From Planctomycetaceae bacterium (GTDB taxonomy: Bacteria; Planctomycetota; Planctomycetia; Planctomycetales; Planctomycetaceae), in the NCBI GenBank assembly GCA_047973435.1, contig JBKECA010000285.1, forward strand, positions 575 to 64,574: a stretch of DNA of 64,000 nucleotides, written 5' to 3'. The position numbers were made by a program, and so were the translations under genes. Every line of letters starts with the position of its first letter. Within the stretch, counting starts at the first letter, position 1. The notes beneath the pieces are model-generated. The model was not told the DNA's origin, did not search any database, and saw nothing but the letters and a program-made list of their open reading frames with translations. Of the stretch, positions 10,487 to 19,342 are shown one piece after another.

Positions 10487-11725
10487 TCAGAGTCGGTCGA
10501 CACGGCCGGATCGAATTTCATCGACGGTCAACACGGTCCAGTCGCCATCAAACTTTGGCGGCGGCGGCGAATCGTCACCGTCTTGGACAAGCACACCTTT
10601 CAGCCGGCAACCCGACTCATAGACGTGCCGTACAAAGTCTGCTCGTGTCTCGTCCCACTCCAGAAAGATGCACACGCAACTGGAAATGGATTCCAGTTCC
10701 TCCGCCACCAGTGGTGAAATCTGGTCGAACGGATTCTGTCGGCAAGGCTGAATTCCCGCCAGGATCTCCAGCACGCTATCGAAGTTCGCCGTTCCGGTGT
10801 TCGTCCGAAACACATACAGCTCGGGACCGGCGGCAAACAGATCGATGATGTGCTCCTGAAAGTTGAGTCGTTCGGCGACCGCTGCCATCAGGCTGATCCC
10901 GGCTTCCAGCCGATCCGTTGCGACAGTCCGCAGCCAGCGTGAGGGCGGCAGGTGCGTATCGAGCACGAGTGCAATGCGGCTGACATACTCCTCGTGAAAC
11001 TCCTTGACCACCGGCTTGCCGATTCGCGCCCAGGCCTTGAAATCAATCCGCCGAACCGACTCCCCTGGCGTGTACTCCCGGTTGCCGATGTACTCGGGCG
11101 ACAGTCCCACCCCTTGCGTGAGTAACGTGCCGCCCGGCTGATATCGGTACGAGACCGGAATATCGAGTTCCCCCAGCGAGTGATATTCCGGCAGCACCAG
11201 AAGAGGCGAACAGTCGCTTTTGGCTCCACTAAATCGCACGAGATTAAAGGGAAACGTCGACACGGCCTGTACGGCAGGCAATGCAAAGACACCACGCCGC
11301 GCCGTCTGCAGCTTCAGTCGCAGTGTTCCCCGTTCTCCCGGCCTCAGATGCGGCAGATAGGCGTCGGAATCCACCGTTTGCACTCCATCGGGCAGGTTGA
11401 ACATCCCGAGCATCAGGTCGAACGCTGCTCTCCAGCGCGACGTATTCTGCAGCGTGAAATCGGCACTCACCGTCTGTCCCGCCACGGAACGCTGCGGCGC
11501 GGCCCCCGTCAACTTGAGCACGGGTCTGAAGAGAAGGGCAGTCGATTCCGAGACCCCCAGCAACGCAAACAGACCACAGAAAATCTGATAGATCGGCAGC
11601 TGTGTTGTCACCGACCCGAGGGCCGTCAGCAGAATGGCCAGCACCAGCATTCGCCCCGTGGGCGTCAACTTAAAGAACCAGACGAAACGGGCTGCACGCA
11701 GCAGATACATCGGTCGGCGACGCAT
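10487..11725 (-). CDS. DUF58 domain-containing protein (MoxR-associated)
   Basis: 412-aa ORF with two N-terminal TM segments and the DUF58 signature REYTPGESVRRIDFKAWARIGKPVVKEF. It lies directly downstream of a MoxR ATPase. Confidence 0.8.
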   Translation of the reverse strand: MRRRPMYLLRAARFVWFFKLTPTGRMLVLAILLTALGSVTTQLPIYQIFCGLFALLGVSESTALLFRPVLKLTGAAPQRSVAGQTVSADFTLQNTSRWRAAFDLMLGMFNLPDGVQTVDSDAYLPHLRPGERGTLRLKLQTARRGVFALPAVQAVSTFPFNLVRFSGAKSDCSPLLVLPEYHSLGELDIPVSYRYQPGGTLLTQGVGLSPEYIGNREYTPGESVRRIDFKAWARIGKPVVKEFHEEYVSRIALVLDTHLPPSRWLRTVATDRLEAGISLMAAVAERLNFQEHIIDLFAAGPELYVFRTNTGTANFDSVLEILAGIQPCRQNPFDQISPLVAEELESISSCVCIFLEWDETRADFVRHVYESGCRLKGVLVQDGDDSPPPPKFDGDWTVLTVDEIRSGRVDRL

Positions 11726-11828
11726 GACAGTTCACTGTCTCGATCGCTTCCACATTGGGACACCGCAGTCCATCCCGCTGTCCTCGTTCCACTATGACGG
11801 ACGCAGTCTCCTTCGCCGAAGAAGCGAT

Positions 11829-12845
11829 CTAAGTTGGTACCGGAATTTTCGACAGCACCTCTTCGATGACCTGCAGCTTGTTGAGGCTGCCGTATTTGGC
11901 TTTGCTGGTCAGGACGGTGCGGTGAGCCAGCACCGGGCCGGCCATTTGTTGAACATCGTCCGGCAGTGCAAAGTCCCGTCCCGCCAGGAAGGCGGCCGCC
12001 TGGACCGCTCGGAAGAACATCAGCGAACCGCGCGGACTGACGCCCAGTTTGAGTTGAGGCTGCTGGCGAGTCGCCTGCACGATGTCCACCAGGTATCGCG
12101 CGAGTGACCGCTCGACCCGTACGCTGCGGACCATCGTCTGCAGACAGAGCACCTCTTCCAGCAACAGGACCGGATGCAGGTTCTCGACCGGGACCGTCTC
12201 CGCCTGAGACAGCAGCATGTCGGCCTCCGTCTCCCGATCGGGATACCCTAGTTGCAGCTGCACCAGGAACCGGTCCAATTGCGCTTCCGGCAAAGGATAT
12301 GTTCCGTGGAAGTCGACGGGGTTCTCAGTCGCCAGAACCAAAAATGGCTGCGGCAAATGGTACCGCACACCTTCGATAGTGGCCTGCCCCTCGCTCATGG
12401 CCTCCAGCAAGGCCGACTGTGTGCGGGGCGAGGCACGATTGATTTCATCCGCCAGCAGCACACTGCAAAACACCGGCCCCTCACGAAACGTGAATGTCCC
12501 TTCTTTGGGATTGAAGACCGATGCACCCAGGATGTCTGACGGCAGCAGATCGGGTGTGAACTGGATCCGCCGGAACTCGACATCCAGCGAGCGTGCCAGG
12601 GATTTCGCCAGAGTCGTCTTGCCGACGCCGGGAACGTCTTCCATCAGCACTGATCCGCCTGCCAACAAGGCGATGATCAGAACGTCGATCTGATCCTCCT
12701 TACCCAGGATGACCGACATCAGGTTGCGCTTTAGCTCTTGCAGTTTGCGTTGCGACTGTGCCGAGACCTCCGCCGACGGACGTCCCGCTGCCGAATCAGC
12801 AGCAGCACCACGAGACGGTTCACGGAGTTGGGTGTCGGTAATCAT
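11829..12845 (-). CDS. MoxR-family AAA+ ATPase
   Basis: Walker A LMEDVPGVGKTTLAK and Walker B/sensor LLADEINRASPRTQSALLEAM. I chose ATG 12845 (MITDTQ). The ORF track extends to 13001, which is probably a spurious extension. Confidence 0.9.
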   Translation of the reverse strand: MITDTQLREPSRGAAADSAAGRPSAEVSAQSQRKLQELKRNLMSVILGKEDQIDVLIIALLAGGSVLMEDVPGVGKTTLAKSLARSLDVEFRRIQFTPDLLPSDILGASVFNPKEGTFTFREGPVFCSVLLADEINRASPRTQSALLEAMSEGQATIEGVRYHLPQPFLVLATENPVDFHGTYPLPEAQLDRFLVQLQLGYPDRETEADMLLSQAETVPVENLHPVLLLEEVLCLQTMVRSVRVERSLARYLVDIVQATRQQPQLKLGVSPRGSLMFFRAVQAAAFLAGRDFALPDDVQQMAGPVLAHRTVLTSKAKYGSLNKLQVIEEVLSKIPVPT

Positions 12846-13208
12846 CCCGGGCCAACAAAGGGATTGAATCGCAGCAGAGTTGGAAACCGCGGACCCCGCG
12901 ATTGAGTTCCGTCGGGTTTGCGAATCGCGACTCGCAGGAGATCGAACTGCAGGATAGGAAAGCGCGAGACGGACAGGAAGCCGGACCGGGCGGTGATCCA
13001 AGAATCTGGCGTGGCGGCAACGGCGGACCTTGTGTCTCTGCTTCCGGCGGCAGTCCGCTCACCGCGCCCTCCAGCGAGAGTCGTCGGGATCCGTCGGGGC
13101 CCAGCAACGGCTCCCCTGGTCATTGTTACGGCGAGGACTTCATTCCCGTTGGAGAATTCGCGACGTCCTGGACAGCCAAGCTCAGATCAGCCGGACTTTG
13201 CCTGCTTC

Positions 13209-14240
13209 TCAGGGAACCGTTGCAGCAGTTTCTTCCGGCGGGGCCGTGGACGCGGCTTCAACCCAGTAATGATCCTCCTCCTGGATGATGTGCCGGTAGG
13301 TCCCGCCGCTCGTCGTGGCGATTTCCTCCAGAAACTTGCCACCCGCATCATCTCCCAACGAAATCGTGTTGATCCTGATCCCCCTGGTATTCGCTTTGGC
13401 CACCTCGCGGACCACGCGGTAGTTGAACTCTCCATCCGTCAGAAAATAGATCACATCCGGCTGCATGCGCATCGCCATCAACATGGCGTCCAGCGGATCA
13501 GTCTTGCCACCGGCTCGCAACTCAGCGGTCCACTTGAACAGGTCGTCCTGATTCTCTGTCCCTCCGGGCCGCAACTCCGTGGCAGGCATCGGAAACGATC
13601 GGGTGTTGAAGAAGATGACAAAGTACTTCTGCTCTGACGACATGCGGTAAATGGTTCGCCACAGCTCGATCTTCAGTCGGCCGAACCGTGAACGGGCCGG
13701 CCCGGGATATCTGAAGTTCATGCTGCGCGAGGCGTCGACCACGAACACATACCGACCCGGTTCGTTGTCGAGCTGAAAGTAGTCGGCTCCTTGTCCGCTG
13801 CCATTGCCGACGCCGTTTCCTGTTCCGGAACCGAGGCCGGTCGAGGCGGACGCGGGAGCGAGTCGAACAGTTTCTCGCAGGTCCACGTTCTCGACCAGTT
13901 CCCCGCTTGTGGCGGCAACGCGGTCGTCGAAGTGCACCTGCGGTTCCGACGTCGGTTTGTCGACCGAGGGTCGCGCGATCACCTGCCGCCCACCCGCCTG
14001 ACTCGACGGCAGCAACGGCAGTTGGAGGATCTCGGGCGGTATCTCGGTCTCTTCGGCCGCGTCGTCAAACTGGGTCTGTACCGCCGGCGGCACCCGCGTT
14101 TCCGTGGCGGGAATCCACACACAGCTCATCGCCGCAATGACGGCCACATGCAGCGATGTCGACGCCAGCAGTCCCCAGGCATCGTCGCGCGGCAGTCCCC
14201 GGGAAATCTCGCTGCTCGGCTTGGCGGATGGGGCGGGCAC
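13209..14240 (-). CDS. von Willebrand factor A (vWA) domain-containing membrane-anchored protein
   Basis: 343-aa ORF with one TM segment (LHVAVIAAMSCVWI), a low-complexity linker and a vWA MIDAS start YVFVVDASRSMN. It sits upstream of MoxR and DUF58 on the same strand. Confidence 0.75.
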   Translation of the reverse strand: MPAPSAKPSSEISRGLPRDDAWGLLASTSLHVAVIAAMSCVWIPATETRVPPAVQTQFDDAAEETEIPPEILQLPLLPSSQAGGRQVIARPSVDKPTSEPQVHFDDRVAATSGELVENVDLRETVRLAPASASTGLGSGTGNGVGNGSGQGADYFQLDNEPGRYVFVVDASRSMNFRYPGPARSRFGRLKIELWRTIYRMSSEQKYFVIFFNTRSFPMPATELRPGGTENQDDLFKWTAELRAGGKTDPLDAMLMAMRMQPDVIYFLTDGEFNYRVVREVAKANTRGIRINTISLGDDAGGKFLEEIATTSGGTYRHIIQEEDHYWVEAASTAPPEETAATVP

Positions 14241-14693
14241 GACGATATCACTGACTCTGTGGATCGGTATGGGCCGCGTTGGGAGGGAAACCGAGCGTCC
14301 AGTTGAGGACGCAGAGCGGGTTTTTCAACCTGTCGCGACTCGATCGCAATCGGGAGTTTCACTCATCTCCTCGGGCAGGTTGGGAAACCTGTCCTGCAAA
14401 CCGGTGGTCTGCACTCCAGATTCATCGGCAGGAGAGGCTCCCGGAACGCTCCTTTTTGCCTGCTCCGAGACTAACACTGCCGTCTGCGAAGTTCAAAAGG
14501 ATTCACCCGAGACGGCAAGCGGTTTGGAGGACGGAAATTGGGGAGTCTGTAACGGTTCTATGGGTCACGATGGCTCGTCCACCCTCTGTGCCCCCTTTCG
14601 TTGCAGCAGCCAGTTCAGGAGACCGACCATCGGCCGGTTGGACCCGAATCGACCCCAGAGTTGGCCCACTTCCAAACGGGCGGAGTTGCTTGC

Positions 14694-16004
14694 CTATGCC
14701 AGTCGCTTCGACTCCGCCGACAGGCCGCTCGGGGCCGAAAGGGAGGTGCGCCGCACCACCAGCCACTCAAATATTGGCGCGGCCGCCAGCGTCGTCACCA
14801 CCGCCATGATGACCAGCGTTGCGAACAGCCCTTCGCTGATGACCCCCCGCTGCAGGCCAATGTTGATGATGATCAGTTCCATCAGTCCCCGAGAATTCAT
14901 CAAGGCACCGATGCCGACCGCTTCGTGATTCGGGAGTCCGCTGGCTCGCGCCGCCAGCCAGCAGGCCACCCCCTTGCCCAGCACCGCCGCCAGCAGTACC
15001 AGGCCACACATCCCCCACAGGAAGGCCGAGTTCAGCAAGGTGATGCGAGTGTTCAGTCCCGAGTAGGTGAAGAACAGCGGCAGCAGCAGAGCCACTGTCA
15101 ACGGTTGAATGCGCGACATGATCGACTGAGACATCACCCCCCGCGGCATCGCGGTCCCCATGATGAACGCGCCAAAGACCGCGTGCAGGCCGACATGATC
15201 GGTGAACCACGCCCCCAGACACATGCAGGCCAGACCAATGACCAAACCTGCTTCGGACAACTCCCCCTCACTCGTTCGCAGCCTCGGCTCGATCCAGCGC
15301 AGCAGCGGTCGCACCACACCGATCGTCACCAGCACATACGCCAGTCCGCCGCCGATATTCCACGTCGCGTGCCAGATTTGCTGATCGAAACTCGCCAGCA
15401 CCACCGCCAGCAGCCCCCAGGCCACGGCGTCGTCGATCGCCCCCGCTCCCAAGGCGACGGTTCCCATTCGCGTTCCCGACAGACCCTTGAAGTGAATGAT
15501 CCGTGCCAGCATCGGGAAGGCGGTGATGCACATCGACGCCCCGAGAAACAACATCGCCTCGGCGCGGCTAGTACGTTCCGGAAACAGGTCTGTGTACTCG
15601 TACAGTCCAATCGCCAGCAGCCCCCCCAGCACAAACGGGGCAATCATCCCCGCCACCGACACCATGAGCGACGCCTTGAAACTCTCGCGGACAATGTCGA
15701 CCCGAAACTCCATCCCCACGATGAACATGTACAACGCCAGCCCCAGTTGTGAGGCGGGAAAGAGATAACACTGCGTATCCCGCGTCTGCTGGGTTGCATC
15801 CCAGGGAAACAGAGTCTGCTGCAGTTCGGGCCACAAGTAGCCAAACAGGGACGGCCCCAGCAGCACGCCGGCAATCATCTCGGCCACCACTTGCGGCTGC
15901 CCAAAGCGGGCCGCAACCGAGCCGACCAGGCGGCAGAACAGCAGGATGACCGCCAGCTGCAGAAAGAACTGCACGGCGAGTTGAACATTCGTCATGGGAG
16001 TCAT
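14694..16004 (-). CDS. cation:proton antiporter (CPA2/Kef-type)
   Basis: 436-aa polytopic membrane ORF with Na+/H+ exchanger family patterns (VVAEMIAGVLLGPS, LFFTYSGLNT). Confidence 0.85.
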   Translation of the reverse strand: MTPMTNVQLAVQFFLQLAVILLFCRLVGSVAARFGQPQVVAEMIAGVLLGPSLFGYLWPELQQTLFPWDATQQTRDTQCYLFPASQLGLALYMFIVGMEFRVDIVRESFKASLMVSVAGMIAPFVLGGLLAIGLYEYTDLFPERTSRAEAMLFLGASMCITAFPMLARIIHFKGLSGTRMGTVALGAGAIDDAVAWGLLAVVLASFDQQIWHATWNIGGGLAYVLVTIGVVRPLLRWIEPRLRTSEGELSEAGLVIGLACMCLGAWFTDHVGLHAVFGAFIMGTAMPRGVMSQSIMSRIQPLTVALLLPLFFTYSGLNTRITLLNSAFLWGMCGLVLLAAVLGKGVACWLAARASGLPNHEAVGIGALMNSRGLMELIIINIGLQRGVISEGLFATLVIMAVVTTLAAAPIFEWLVVRRTSLSAPSGLSAESKRLA

Positions 16005-16062
16005 CTTGATCGAGACCTGTCGCTCACTTCACCATCTGGACGGCCAGCGTTGTGCCCAATTC

Positions 16063-16572
16063 TCACGTTGCCCACGGGCTGTCGTCTGCTTCGTGTGGAC
16101 TGCGGGCCGTCTGCAATAGCGTTCTCAGCTGCTCCAGTTGGGCCTTCGCCATATGCCCCAGCTGCTGGCGGTGGCAGTCCCGCAACGGTTGATCGACCGA
16201 CTGCAGCAACGCTTCTCCGGCCGCCGTGATGGCCACCAGCACCACGCGGCGGTTGGCGGAGTCGCGACGCCGCTCGACGAGTGACCGTTCCTCCAGCCGG
16301 TCAATCATTCGCGTGATGTCGGGCGCCCGTGAAATCAGCCGCTCGGAGACCACCAGTGTTGGCAGTGGCTGCGGAGCCGCGGCCCGCAGAATGCGGAGCA
16401 CGTTGTACTGTTGGGCGGTCAAATCGAAGTGGCTGAAGAGTTCGTCCTCGAGCATCCGCAGCCGATCGTAGGTCCGCCACAGATTGAGGAAGACCTCTTG
16501 CTCGAGCGAGGCAAACCGTCGACGTCGCGCGGGCAGCGTGGGAGTGGATTCCGGCATGCCGCCACAATACAT
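16063..16572 (-). CDS. MarR family transcriptional regulator
   Basis: 169-aa ORF with a winged-helix MarR pattern (LTAQQYNVLRIL...SERLISRAPDITRMIDRLEERSLVERRRDSANRR). It lies 58 bp upstream of the antiporter on the same strand. Confidence 0.85.
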   Translation of the reverse strand: MYCGGMPESTPTLPARRRRFASLEQEVFLNLWRTYDRLRMLEDELFSHFDLTAQQYNVLRILRAAAPQPLPTLVVSERLISRAPDITRMIDRLEERSLVERRRDSANRRVVLVAITAAGEALLQSVDQPLRDCHRQQLGHMAKAQLEQLRTLLQTARSPHEADDSPWAT

Positions 16573-16724
16573 GTCGGAACAATACTTGTCCAGACAGGGG
16601 ATAAACTGCGATTTCCTAAATCAGTCACTGCGATGCCCCCGGACGACGCAGAGGAACAGTCCAGGCGCCGAAGCGGCCGGCTTGGGTCGCCGAGGCGGGA
16701 TGAATCGGTGACGCTCGGCCGCGA

Positions 16725-17774
16725 TCAGCCGGGCGGAATCGTCGGCAAGTCGAGCTTCATCTTGCGGGCCAGCTCCGACAGCCGGGCGAGATCGGCAGCG
16801 TGGACCGGGATGCCGTCACGACGGGACTCCGCCTCCCGTTCCGCTGTCGCTGCGGCGTTTGACTCCGACTGTCCCGGCCATGCCTGCATCGCGGCTCCGA
16901 TCCGCTCCAGGAAGCGACGGCGATCCGTGAAATGGTCGAGATCGATTGCCAGCACCAGATGCTCGGCGCACTCCGAGGCGGGGCTGCGGGTCTTCAGGAT
17001 CGGCGGCTTTCCCCCGGCGAGGCCGCCCGCCAATAGCGACGCAGTGATTGCGACTCCGAGGCCGAACTCACCCGCCAATGGCGACAAGAGTCCCGCAGCG
17101 GCGGCGGACGAGTCTGCCGTCGTGGGGTCCGGCTCGGCCAGGCCCCAGGCTGATCGCAATTCCTGCTCCGCGCGACCGACCGCCGTCGACGGAGTTTCGA
17201 TGACGATCAGTGAGTCGTTGGCGGTCGGAAATCCCCAAGCCCAGCCAGCGTCCGAAGTCGCGCCCGTCGACGTTCCGGGAGCCGCCAAAATCGCACCACC
17301 GTAGTTACTTGTGCATAGGCCGATCAGCCCCTGCTTCGCCGCCAGGGCGACGTACACGGCGGACGACCCGAGATACTGACTATGGTGCACAGCGACGGCG
17401 CCTATGCCGACCTCACGGGCCTTTTGCATGGCCACTTCGGTCGCCTTCGTCGCCGCAACGGGTCCTAACGCCCGGCTGCCGTCCAATGTGGCGACCGCAG
17501 CTGTTTGATTCTCGACCAGTACCCGACCGCGCGGGTCGATGTCTCCCAGGTCCATAATGGCAACATCATCCGGCAATCGTCGTAGTCCATGCTGCGGCTC
17601 GCCGCGCAGGTCGGCCTCGAGCATCCGATCGGCGACAGTCTGGGCATCGAATTGAAAGACACTCTTCTTCTTGAGCACGCCCAGGATGAATTCTCGAGCA
17701 GCTTCGACAGGAAGACGCATCACGACGGACGGATCACAGTTGGCAAACAAGGACGCGGACATGGAAGGATACAA
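16725..17774 (-). CDS. Ldh family (malate/L-lactate dehydrogenase type 2) oxidoreductase
   Basis: 349-aa ORF with an Ldh_2-like pattern (GLRRLP..., VAVHHSQYLGSSAVY, GLIGLCTSN). The real start may be the internal ATG at 17720. Confidence 0.7.
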   Translation of the reverse strand: MYPSMSASLFANCDPSVVMRLPVEAAREFILGVLKKKSVFQFDAQTVADRMLEADLRGEPQHGLRRLPDDVAIMDLGDIDPRGRVLVENQTAAVATLDGSRALGPVAATKATEVAMQKAREVGIGAVAVHHSQYLGSSAVYVALAAKQGLIGLCTSNYGGAILAAPGTSTGATSDAGWAWGFPTANDSLIVIETPSTAVGRAEQELRSAWGLAEPDPTTADSSAAAAGLLSPLAGEFGLGVAITASLLAGGLAGGKPPILKTRSPASECAEHLVLAIDLDHFTDRRRFLERIGAAMQAWPGQSESNAAATAEREAESRRDGIPVHAADLARLSELARKMKLDLPTIPPG

Positions 17775-18226
17775 ACGGGAATTGAACAGCGGCCCACAAG
17801 GAAATCGGTCACACCGGATGGCGCTTCACTCACAGGGACATACCGGAGAGCGGACGCCGCACGCGCAGTAAAGCGGGCATCATCGGCCGACCAGTCGTCG
17901 CAGGTCAACCGTATCGCAACCTTCATTGCAGCAAGAGCATTGCCGGCCGGGCATCCGCGGCGAAACAAAAAACTCGCAATCGGCGCAGGTCTGCCACTCG
18001 CGAGCTCGGTGCAAGTCTCGCAACCTCGCCGATGGTCTGACCGCAGGTCTCCCGCTCCGGTCGCGGCTGCGGGCCCTATCCCCCGCGAACGCACAGGCGC
18101 AGAAACCGACGGTCGGATCATCATGCACAGGCCGGAAGATCAGCAGGTAACGGTGTGGTTGGAAGACCCGCGCGCAGCGGTGGACGACCTGCGCATCGTG
18201 ATGACGGTTTCGTAGATATCCACTCG

Positions 18227-19342
18227 TCAGTAGATATCCACCCGGTGCTGCAAAATGCACTCTCGGCCGTTCAGTTGTTGTGGACTGGTGCGAATCGACC
18301 GCCGAGGCGGCGACATTGGTGAACTCGGTTGAGCGCGGACCACCGATTCCGCCGGACCATGCCGCCAGAGTCCCGATTCCGATGTCGACAGCAACCTGCG
18401 CCAGCCGAGGCTGAGACGGCCCATCGTCCAGCGGGCGTTGATGTCCTGCAGCGGGCGGAGCCGCATTTCTCCCGTGGCCGAGCGGTACCGGCAGACATCG
18501 ATTCCGACCGGACCAAAGTAGCCCGCCGACTGGATCCGCTGGACGGCGGCACGTGTTGGGCCGATTGCGTCGCTCCAGTCGGTCTCGCGCGTCGGATGGA
18601 GCTGGAACCAACTACCGCGATAGTGACCGTTGGGGTCCGTCACCAGTGGCGTGATTCCCAGCAGTTGCGGCTCCCCCGCCATCGGTATGTCCCACTGCAG
18701 ACCCGCTTCGGCAACGATGTCGACCCACGGTTCCCACTGCACGGGGCCGAGCTTGATCCGTTGTTCCAGCCAGGCGATGTCGCGTGACGAGAGCGATGCA
18801 TCGCGTCCCAGCAAACGTTCGCGAGACGAGTTCGACAAGTCGGCCTTGACGACCCAGCGCGCCGCAGGTTCGAGCGCCGGCAGTTCGGAATCAAGTACCT
18901 TTCGTAACTCCGCGACCGTCGCAACCGATTGTGCCCCCGGCAGACCGCAGCCGAGTTCTTGCTCCAGTTGCCACGAATACTCCCTTGAGTTCACCTTTCG
19001 GACGACCGACACCGGCGGGTGTGGCGGCAGTGAACAACCTGCGGGCTGACAGGCCGAGATGACCTGTTCGGTCCAGCCCCACGGTGTGGGAACGGCCTCG
19101 CGCGGAGCAGCAGACAACTTGCAGCAGACCCGTGGCGGTTCCCAAAGAAGTTGCTCCGTCAGCTCAGTCCAGACCGCGATATCAACCGACGCGGGCAGCA
19201 GCAGCCAGTCCTCCGGTTCTGCCACCGCCAACCACGTCCACGCGAGTTCGTGCGACAGCCGCGTGAGAGGTTGGGGAGCTTCCGCGCCAGGATGCCCCAG
19301 GCTCCACTCGAAATCAAAGTTACCGATCAGTAGCCGGCTCAT
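18227..19342 (-). CDS. hypothetical protein, ATP-grasp-like
   Basis: I prefer ATG 19342 (MSRLLIGNFDFEW) over the ORF-track start at 19480. The motifs WVVKADLSNSSRERL, GPVGIDV and LQDINARWTMG resemble ATP-grasp fold strands. This family call is weak. Confidence 0.45.
   Translation of the reverse strand: MSRLLIGNFDFEWSLGHPGAEAPQPLTRLSHELAWTWLAVAEPEDWLLLPASVDIAVWTELTEQLLWEPPRVCCKLSAAPREAVPTPWGWTEQVISACQPAGCSLPPHPPVSVVRKVNSREYSWQLEQELGCGLPGAQSVATVAELRKVLDSELPALEPAARWVVKADLSNSSRERLLGRDASLSSRDIAWLEQRIKLGPVQWEPWVDIVAEAGLQWDIPMAGEPQLLGITPLVTDPNGHYRGSWFQLHPTRETDWSDAIGPTRAAVQRIQSAGYFGPVGIDVCRYRSATGEMRLRPLQDINARWTMGRLSLGWRRLLSTSESGLWRHGPAESVVRAQPSSPMSPPRRSIRTSPQQLNGRECILQHRVDIY

Noticed and set aside
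14601-15752. Long antisense or alternative-frame ORFs. Examples: 14601-15752 +, 7124-8176 +, 28639-29643 +, 28865-29938 -, 35941-37131 -, 45274-46044 +, 55023-55925 +, 57246-58220 +, 61380-63164 +.
   Set aside because: Each lies opposite to, or out of frame with, a gene that has clear family motifs. Their products are Arg/Pro/Gly/His-rich low-complexity strings typical of shadow ORFs in GC-rich DNA.
17840-17885. Possible collapsed remnant of the 87-bp element (ATACCG...CCGCACGCGCAGTAAAGCGGGCATCATC).
   Set aside because: Only short pieces of the terminal repeats match and their order is scrambled. I cannot distinguish this from chance without an alignment score.
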